64,000 bases of DNA from Chrysomallon squamiferum. Lineage: Eukaryota > Animalia > Mollusca. The translations under genes were made by a program, and so were the position numbers. The notes beneath the pieces were generated by a model, which was not told the origin of the DNA, searched no databases, and was given only the letters and a program-made list of their open reading frames with translations. The number at the start of each line of letters is the position of its first letter. Within the stretch, counting starts at the first letter, position 1. Positions 53,735 through 64,000 of the stretch are shown piece by piece. The stretch covers positions 21,204,001 through 21,268,000 of the forward strand of contig CM022672.1 of the NCBI GenBank assembly GCA_012295275.1, written 5' to 3'.

Positions 53735-54583
53735 TGTTGTTGTTGTTGCTGCTGCTGTTGTTGCTTTTGCTGTTTCTGTGCTGTTGCTGTTGTTGTTTTG
53801 TTGACACGTTAGAGTATTCTTCATTTCAAAATTTATTTTAACTTTTAAATTTTTAGTTGATCCGTTTATTTAAAATAAAAATAAACAAAATATTTAATTA
53901 GTTGAGGGAATATAAGATAAGATGAATATATAACAGAATTAATATTAAATTGAATTTTATTACTTTTCCTTTATATTTTGAAATAAATCAAAATGCAATT
54001 AAAACGAGAGAAAGCAATTTAAATTATATATATATACATATACACACACACACATATGTAGAACACAAATATTCACCAAAAAAAATTAAAAGAACACAGA
54101 CAAAAATAAATCATTTTTAAATATTTAAAAAATATATATGTATCAAATATCATATTTCAAGAGAATATATTATGTATTTTTTTAAGCTGTTTAAAATTTA
54201 AATTCATAATAATATGATATTTTGTATTAATAGAATCATTAATGATCTTTGTTGCATCAGCATAATTTACCGGCAATATTTCCTAACGGTAAATTAAGAA
54301 GGCCTAACGGTAAAATCATTAGCGCAAATACAAAACATAACGGTAAATATACAGTTAACCGAAATACAATTTCTTTACGGTTATTTATTCATGAACATTA
54401 TCAGATTTCGTTTCCACGCCTGGTTTAATTATTACCCAGGGACTTTGCTTTGGTTTAGTTGATCAGGTCATTATTAAATATTAAATAATATTTCATTATC
54501 ATTATTCAAGTTTTTTTTAAAATATATAGAAATCGGTGCAATTAATAAAATGATCATACAAAACAGGAATGACAGTAGTAGTA

Positions 54584-54624
<41 letters not shown>

Positions 54625-56014
54625 CATTACAACAACAACAACAACAACAATAATAAAAATAATAGTAATAAATAAATTTATTTATTTATTATTTTATTCA
54701 TTCATTCATTCATTCATTCATTTATCATCGTCATCATTAGTGTTATTTACTGTCACTGCTGTTGCTGTTGCTGCTATTGCCATTATTATAGTAAGAAAAT
54801 AGTCCTTAAATTTTATTTAGCCTTTTTTATTTTTATTTTTTTTTTTTTATTTTTTTGTTAAAATATATTCTAATCTGGATTATCGAAAATATATATTTTT
54901 TTAAATTAACATAATTCATATCCCATATTTGAAAATATAATACTCATAAAGCTAAAGTTAATAAAATAAGAACAAATACGGTAACAAAATCCGGTACTGT
55001 AGAAAACTTGGATAAATAATCCTAATATTAATTCTGCATAGTGGACCATTGCACTTACGATCTCTCTACTTCCAGTGACTCGTAAAACGTTTAACATCTG
55101 TTTCAGTATGTTTGCAGTAACAATGAATTGATGTTGTTGGAACGAAAACAAGAAAATCATCTATGTATTAATACCATGAATGTATGGTTTCTTTGTGGGT
55201 ATTACAGTATAAACAAAATAATGATTTAATAATGGAGGCTTTCTCACAACATTGTTTTATTTTAATTTTTCTTGTCCTAAGCAACTTAAATGTGACCATC
55301 TGAACTGTTGTCTGTGGAATGTTGTCCAAATTCACAACCGAGGATTTGAACTGTGCATTAACACATTGTTAGTAAATGTTCTTTCCATTCTGTTTAATTT
55401 AAATGAAATTTGTGCTGGTTTTTCTGCAAATATTTCCCGTGTAGTGATGTGTAAAAATATAAGTCTGGCTAATTTGTCAATACGAGGTGATTTTAAATAT
55501 CAAATTGTTTTAATGCAAAACCTGAGCTGGAATATACAGGGGCAAAAAAAATGTATTTTCAGTAGACTGTAATTCTAGCTAATTTAAAAACACACAACAA
55601 CAAAACAAAACAAAATTCGTGGTAAATTAAATTAAATTAAATTAAATTAAATTAAATTAAATTAAAATAAATAAAATTTTAAAAAAAATAAATGCACAGG
55701 CGACATCTTTATTTATACTTTTGTGAAAGATACATGTAAAATTATTCACAAGTAGCACACAGAAAATGTAGCAGATAATTATTGCAATTCAGGATATGTA
55801 ATGCAATTATCCTTCTGGTAAGTGTGATAAGTGTTTATATTTTATATATTTGGTCAGTTGTAATATTGACAGTGGTAGTAAAACGAGCCTTAATAGAGTA
55901 AAACTGTTAATGTTAGTTGTAGTAGAGGTAGTAAGGATAGTCATAACTAATAGCGGTAACTATTGTAGTATGAATTAGGAGCGGTAGTAGTAGTAGCAGC
56001 AGCAGCATTATAGT

Positions 56015-56045
<31 letters not shown>

Positions 56046-56120
56046 CGTAGCAGCTGTAACAACCATAACAAGAAAAAAATACACGTATAATCACACAATG
56101 TAATACTAAGAAATATACAC

Positions 56121-56152
<32 letters not shown>

Positions 56153-56290
56153 GAATGAATATAAACACATACACAAACACACACATATATATAATAAGAA
56201 AACAAACAATGAAACAGAACAGAATACAAAAAGAAGTAAAAACAAATGACTGATATATCAAAAAATGGATGATAAAAAAAATCCACAAAC

Positions 56291-56326
<36 letters not shown>

Positions 56327-57242
56327 AAAATAAGAAATATATTTTTGTAAATTTATATTTTTTATTCTTTTTTTCCTTTTCAAGAAATTAAAATCTACTA
56401 TTAACACAATTTATTATGAGATAACAGGATACCATCAAAACACGATATCACAGTCAGTAAAACAGGGACACAGACAATGCATGGTGCATTCATCATACTG
56501 AACACACGAAGGGTCCAGAATTAAATTGCCAGGGTATAACGTCAGTAACCATATTAAGTGAGAACAAAGTCGACTTATTTTATTTTATTTATTTATTTAT
56601 TTATTTATTACTGCTGCTGCTTTTGTTGTTGTTGTTCTTCTTCTTCCTTACATTGTTATTGTTATTACTAATGCTACAACTACTGAGTAGTGACTTTATT
56701 ATGAGTGAAAGAGAAGATTATAACACAGAACTGGATTTTTAATACATATTTATTGTTCAGATTTTGATTTTCAACAGACCACCGTTATTATAGTAGAACT
56801 GAAAATCATCTAAAAATAACTTCTGAATCATCACCATTTGTTTTCACAGGGTCAAGTTAAAAATTAAGAACAAAAATTTTGATTGTATTAATGATTTTTC
56901 TATTTATTTATTTTGTTTATTATATATTTTGCTTATTTTTAAGTGTTTCATTTTGATTACTTTAGATAATGAAAGATAAAGAGAAATACAAGTTCTTATT
57001 TGTTTGAGTGTGTGTGTGCGTGTTTGTGACTATTAATCCTCTAATCGTCTAAGCACAAAACAAAAAGAAAACAAATAAATCAGACAAAAAAAAAAAAAAA
57101 AAAAAAACAAGAAAAAAATCAAATAAATATGTGTTCTTTCTTCAATCCCCCCTTAAACCCCACCATTTTTTTTTTTTCCGTTAAAGTAAATAAACAATAA
57201 TAAAATTAATAAAAATATAAAAATAAATTAATTTCAAAGAAA

Positions 57243-57273
<31 letters not shown>

Positions 57274-57313
57274 CGAACGAAAGAAAGAAACAAACAAAAA
57301 CGAAATAAAAACC

Positions 57314-57363
<50 letters not shown>

Positions 57364-57459
57364 ATAAAACAAGTGAGCAAAGCAAAAAAATCCACGTACA
57401 CTTAAGTTCTGGATAAAATTTCCATTTATATTCATTACCAATAATTTATACTGTGCCAT

Positions 57460-57740
57460 GGAAAAGACAAAATACCGGAGAAACACGAAGTTTAGACGTT
57501 AATTTTGCACGCCATGTGCGCGGGGTACAGTGGCCGGGAAACACTTTGATTTACACCGCTCGGTGTGTGTCAGGAGGCCCGCGATTCCAATTAACTCCCT
57601 TAATTTAGGACGCAATCACCGCACTGGTGGAAGCGTACAGAGAGAACGAGAACAAATAGGAAACGAAAAGAGTTTAAATGCGTAAGAATCGCAAAGAAAC
57701 GACAGAAAAGCCGAGTTAAAGTCGATTCATTTGAATAATT
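57460..57740. promoter_or_regulatory. Enhancer-like island upstream of Emx
   Basis: GC-rich patch; overlapping TCF-type CTTTGAT and Pbx-Hox-type TGATTTAC near 57544-57554; CAATTAA and TTAATTT cores. Confidence 0.4.
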
Positions 57741-57946
57741 AGGTGATTTATTTATTTTGTTTTTGTTTTTTGTGTTTCGTTTTGGGGTATATACGGTGAT
57801 TTTCTATTAGTATTTTTTAATATTTTTTTAAATTTTTTTTTTTTAAGAATAAGAGAAAATTATTATACTTTTTTTTTTACATTTTTTTTTTGTTTTTTTT
57901 TTTTTTCTTTTTTAAATAAACATAGGAATATGTTACATAGCAATTT

Positions 57947-57951
<5 letters not shown>

Positions 57952-58017
<66 letters not shown>
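57952..58017 (+). repeat. (CT)n microsatellite
   Basis: Directly visible. Confidence 0.95.
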
Positions 58018-58020
<3 letters not shown>

Positions 58021-58967
58021 CAATCAATCAAATCTGTATGAGCAGACAGTCCATACAGAGGGACACACAGAAATAAAGTCTCACAGGGAGAAACGCAGAC
58101 GAGATATGAAACACATAGAAAACCAGATAATTCATATTAACAACCTATTCTATATATATATATATATATATATACACACAGACAGAAAAAAGAATGATAG
58201 ATAGATAAATGGATGAATAGATAGAAAAAAAAAAGAATGTTAGGAAAAAAGCAACATGCACATTATTATAACACAAAAAGCAACCACAGTCAGGAAGAAA
58301 AAAAAAAAAAGAAAATCGGGAAAAAAGACAGAGAAGAAATAAAAAAAAAGAATAAAGAAATAAATTATATGAAAGAAAAAAAGTAAAAAAGAAAGAAAAA
58401 CAATATGAACAGTTACGAAGTGTAATAAATCCACCTCCTCGAGGTCCTGTATAAAGGGAAAATATGTTTACATCAAGTAAATAAATTCACGCAAAAATGC
58501 GACCGAACCAACGCGCACATATAAATATCATAATGATCAAAGCCAAATGACAAGTTGCTCGCAAAACTCATCGGATGCAACGAAACAAAACCGGCATCGT
58601 GACATAAAAAATTATTGTTTTATATTCAAACTGATTAGTTTTTGAGTTCTGTATGATCGTTTGACACCGTCCGACCTCTTATTAGCCTAAACAAGCCGGG
58701 TCTGAAACCGAAATCCCCGTTGAGTCTTGTCATATTAATTTTACGCAAGAAAAAGAAAAGCATGCAACCACACAAAACGATCGGTCCCAGCCAATAGTCT
58801 TGATCACGCCATCTGCGTTTATGGCCATCACAAGTGACATCATACTATTAATGAAAGATTACATTTTGTAAGATTGCACTTAAGAACGCATTTAATCTTC
58901 AGTTTAATGATCCGACATCCTATTTTTTATTTTTTTTTTTTGGTTGTTTTTATTATTATTATTATTA

Positions 58968-59023
<56 letters not shown>

Positions 59024-59176
59024 TTCCAATAGCTGATTATTTTTGCGGTTAGGCCTGCATAATATATGGAGTTCGCAAATAAAATTTCATAAATGCTTTT
59101 CGTTTTCACTCTATATCTTTAGGGATTCTTAATATATATATATAATTATATATATATATTTTTAAAATTTATTACT

Positions 59177-59266
<90 letters not shown>

Positions 59267-60205
59267 TTGATTATTTTGATTATTTTGATTATTATTATTA
59301 TCATTTGTGCCTTATTATTTCTAAAGGAAAATTAAGCATATTTTTTTAATGTGAAAAAGAAAGAAAAGAAAAAAAATGAATTAAATAAAAAATATAGTTA
59401 AATCGCCAAAAATTAGGATTACTGTTAAATGAATTGTTTCCTTCTTTCACATACATTTATAAACCTTCTCTAATTATGTATTCTCTCCTTATTATACTAT
59501 TTTACAGATTATTAAACATATTTATATATATTCATTTCCAGTTATCCTTCCAGTTATTACACAAGTTTTTATGTTATTACTCTTAATAATTTGTGTTGTT
59601 ATTGTTGTTGTTGTTGCTACTGTTTGTTTGTTCTTTCTATAGTTACGGTCTGTTGGAAGTCGTAGTTACTTAGGATAAGGCTTCCGGCATTTTAGCTTTC
59701 GTAAAATATGCAATAATACAGATTAGCTGAAATATGTTAATTTGTGAACGAAAAATAATACAAACATTATCAATAAAATAGTTAACTATAATAAAATTAC
59801 ACATCCAGGTAATTAAATAAATAAATAAATAAAGACCAATAGCAAAAACAAGACTACATCTAACAGTAGTAATAGCCACAATAAAAACAGCAACAATCTT
59901 GTTACGATCACTACCACTACTACTACGACTACTACTACGACTACCACTACTACTACTACTGCTACTAGGACGACGACGACATTTACTGCTACTACTACTA
60001 CTACCACTAATAATAATAATAATAATAATAATAAGACATGGCAATAATAATGATAATAATAACAGTAACAATAACAACAACAACAACAACAACACTAATA
60101 ATATGACAAACCTGTTTTACGTATTATATTAATTAGGCACAATAATGTGATTTTATTGCTAGATTATAAAACAAAAAAACATTAGATAAGTAATAATGCA
60201 CACGA

Positions 60206-60246
<41 letters not shown>

Positions 60247-60528
60247 TTTAATATTTGCAAATATATCAACATTTCTAAAACCTAAGCTTTTTGACAGTTG
60301 CATATAATAACAAATTTTAACACAGTTAGGACATTTTAGTCTTTGTGTGAGCATTTGGTTCTGGATGGGTTTGTGTGAGAATCTCTAGCAGCGATAAAAA
60401 ATATCTATATGAAACATTTATCAATTTAAATCAATAAATTGTTAATTATTAGAAGTAAACAGTTATTTTGTTTCGATTTATAAAATATAAATTAGTTGTA
60501 TTTCATTCCGTTTACTGTATTTTTAGGT

Positions 60529-60567
<39 letters not shown>

Positions 60568-60930
60568 CATTTATTTATAAAATATATCTTTGTTATGGTA
60601 TTGCTTTACATTAATGGAAAATGTTCTGATCTTTTGTTTTAATCAGCATCACATAATTTTACATCAGTCGAAAGGTAAATTTAGAAGGATATATTTACAA
60701 CTGTCTGAAAATCAAAACTGCATTAATAAATGGATAGTACTTTGGTGAGGGAATGGGCAGATTATTAGTTTTGAAATGTGATGAGATAAAATATAAATCG
60801 GAAGGATAGACAATAACAACAGCAACAGCGAAGAAAAGATGATGCCACCAGTAGCAAAATAAAACATTAGCTACACTAAGAACAATAGCAACAGCTACAA
60901 CAAAGAAATTTCTTTCATTTCGGTAAGTCT

Positions 60931-61049
<119 letters not shown>

Positions 61050-61479
61050 CTTTTTGTTTTTGCATAATTCGCTTGAGAAAAATAATATAAGTTTTAATAA
61101 CAAATAACTCAAGATTATTATGATTCAAAATACAACATTCATTTTATTTATGTATTAGTTTATTTATTTATTTAATACAATTAATTAATTTTAAAAAAAA
61201 AACATTTCACTTATAAATGTATATGTAATCATGCTTGTGTATATTCACTTACGTGTATATTAATGCACACGAGTCTATAAGTTGTATTTTAAAATGAAAA
61301 TTCCAACACATAATGAAACATTATCAGTGTTTAAATAATGTTACTTCGTTTTGTATATATTTTTCACGTATATATATATTATTATATATGAATTATTGCT
61401 GATCAGCTATGGGTCATAAAAAAAAAAAACATATCTCGTAAACTGAAAAGTAAATGCAAACAAGCTGTCAATCAATAAT

Positions 61480-63520
61480 ATGTTATTAAGGACGTGAACC
61501 GACAAACATAGAACAACTTTCCATTCAAGTGCTTGCTTTTATGCGATCACTTCAGACCAAATCCTTGTAGTGCCATTTCTTTGCCAAAACGTACACTAAT
61601 GGAATAACGGGGATTAGCAAATGAAATTAAATGATTTTCTTAATTCGAAACAAACGAGAACATAAACCCTATGTCAACGTATCGACTGTTGGCTTGTTTG
61701 TACAGAGCGCTGCGGTGCGCTCGTGTTCATGGGCGGGTTTACCTAAGCGGAAGTGGAACGGCGCAAAATTAGATATGTGGAGTGTTTGCTTTGGAACATG
61801 TTAATTACAACATAAAATCGGTTCAACACAAAACTTATTGTCTGGTCATTATCATCCATATCCCTTTCAGTTTTTCTGTCGTCAAAGTGAAATCGAAATG
61901 AGCGTAAATCAGCCGACAGTGGAAAGATCAATGCGCTCCCAAGTACGTTATTATAAAGCCAATTGTAAAGGTATTGACGTTAATATTTGCCTTATATGCA
62001 CACAATTAATCACCCACTCGATGTAAGCGTTTATCAACCGAGGCAATGAATTACTGCGCAAACATTTAAAAACCCAGCTATCTCTATGCCTCGATTGTCC
62101 CATTATGTTGTCCGTGACTTTAACAAACAATTTCAATAAAAGCAAACGAAACTCATTTTTTGCATCGATTTCGTTGAATAAAAACGTTCGCTTTTTCTAA
62201 CTTCTGGAAAGCACAAACCGTGATTTATGTATTGAATTTTTTTTTAAAGTATGTTTAAGTATTATTTTTCTTTGTTTAATAAACAATCATATCTTCTTAA
62301 TTAATATATAATTTATTTCTAATAAATATGGTTGTTTATCAGTATTAGATGAACTAGTGCAATGATCTATATAAAACTAGTTATATAAAAATATTAAAAA
62401 TGCGTTCACTGATTAATATCCTGGTTTCTCAGTTACCTTTCTAAGATAAGTCCATGCTTACATATATAAAAAAGAAATGCACACATACATACATACATAC
62501 ATACATACGTGCATTCACACATATGCATATACATACATATACCTATACATATACATCCATACATGCATGCATACATACATATACATATATACATACATAC
62601 ATGCATACATATATACATACAGACATGCATACATACATACATATATACATTCATACATAAATACATACATACATACATACATACATACGTACATACATAC
62701 ATACATACATACATACATGCGTACACAGATTCCTCCATTCCTTTAATCCTTACTAAACGAAACACCTGAAGATTTATACAAAAAATAATTACTTTTATTT
62801 ATACCAGATTGCATTTTAATCGTAACGGATGAGCACATTTTAATCGGAACAATATCTATATAATTATGTTTACACAAATAACAATGAGCGTTGACTGCAG
62901 TGGTGAACTCTGCCTTCATTCAAATCACAGTCGTGCTTAGTTCGACGGATGAGATTATAGTGACTCTTTATTTTTTCTGGCCCCCTTTTTTTTTTCATGT
63001 CTGATATTCTAGACAAATTACAAACTCTAAAGTTGCATTTCTTTACCCTTTCCATGTTTACCAGGGTTTAATGAATTTTGTTATCGCTTTGCCGTCAGTG
63101 CTAAAAGTATTTGCCCCGGGGAAGACGATATTGTTATGGCCCTGTCTCTGTCACGATAGACATTGTTACAGCAGCTTTCATCTCAGCAAGTCGACACCTG
63201 ACTACATCGTACGGATTATACTCTTGTCACATTTGAACGCCATCTTCGGTTGCCGGAATCAAGGGCAGATAATAACAAGAAAACATTCCGCCATTGACGA
63301 AGTTATTTCCTTTTGTTAAATGTGTTCGGTGTTTGGGAACCGAATACACACACAGAAACGATACATGCATAAACTGATAATTTTTTTTTTTTTTACTTGG
63401 ATGGTCTTTAATATAGTGTTGTTTAATCACTGAGAGCAAATCGTGGGAACATTATAATCGACGACTTGGTCACCTTAAGACCCCGAAGATAAACAGCCCC
63501 ATGGCGTTTAAGTAATTAGC
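61480..63520. promoter_or_regulatory. Two enhancer-like islands (61480-62150 and 62860-63520) upstream of Emx
   Basis: Complex CpG-containing blocks with many TAAT cores, separated by an AT-rich stretch and a (CATA)n tract; CSL-type CGTGGGAA at 63442-63449. Confidence 0.4.
62480..62720 (+). repeat. (CATA)n microsatellite
   Basis: Directly visible. Confidence 0.95.
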
Positions 63521-64000
63521 ATTTTCCTTCTTCAGTATTTTATTCTTCTGGGTGTATTGTAAAAATATTTTTCAATTTAGTCGATTGTTAAACGAACATG
63601 TTAAAACTCATCGCATTTAATAACCGAAAGAAAAAAAAAGGACCTTGACAACCAGTTTAGTTAGAAAGCAAAAATAATGAATATTTAATTACCAATATTA
63701 GTACAGTTTGCGCTTCATAAGTTTAATGTTCAGTTATTAAATGTGCAGAAGGTTTAAAATATAGATAAAATTAAAAACTGATATCTGATATTCGGTGATT
63801 GTTCTTTGCTTTTGGTTGATTTTGTTGTTGTTGTTTTTTTTATTGTTATTATCATTATCATCATTATTTTTACTGTTATTGTTAACATCAACATCATCAT
63901 CAATCATTATCATATACTTAACTGATATACTTAAAGGTCCTTACTATTCTCAAACGGTTATAAAAGCATAACATCACACGACAGCAAAATATATCAACCT

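Overview
AT-rich, microsatellite-dense animal genomic DNA. Its repeat texture suggests a mollusc, possibly an octopod cephalopod, but this is inference only. Two protein-coding genes are supportable and face tail-to-tail. (1) An intronless 422-aa ORF on + (6520-7788) whose N-terminal coiled coil and C-terminal motif resemble CCDC190/C1orf110. (2) A three-exon Emx (empty spiracles) homeobox gene on - (CDS 52819-52348, 50809-50637, 48060-47857; 282 aa), assembled by hand from splice sites; its third exon is absent from the ORF track and the protein is noticeably divergent. The ~40 kb between the genes and the ~11 kb upstream of Emx show no supportable CDS. They alternate simple repeats with about 20 islands of complex, CpG- and TAAT-rich non-coding sequence that look like a developmental enhancer landscape, several containing homotypic or phased motif arrays. 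One decayed MITE is visible. I found no tRNA, rRNA, CRISPR array or autonomous transposon. Almost all other ORFs in the track are microsatellite or antisense artefacts. Regulatory calls are motif-level hypotheses made by eye.
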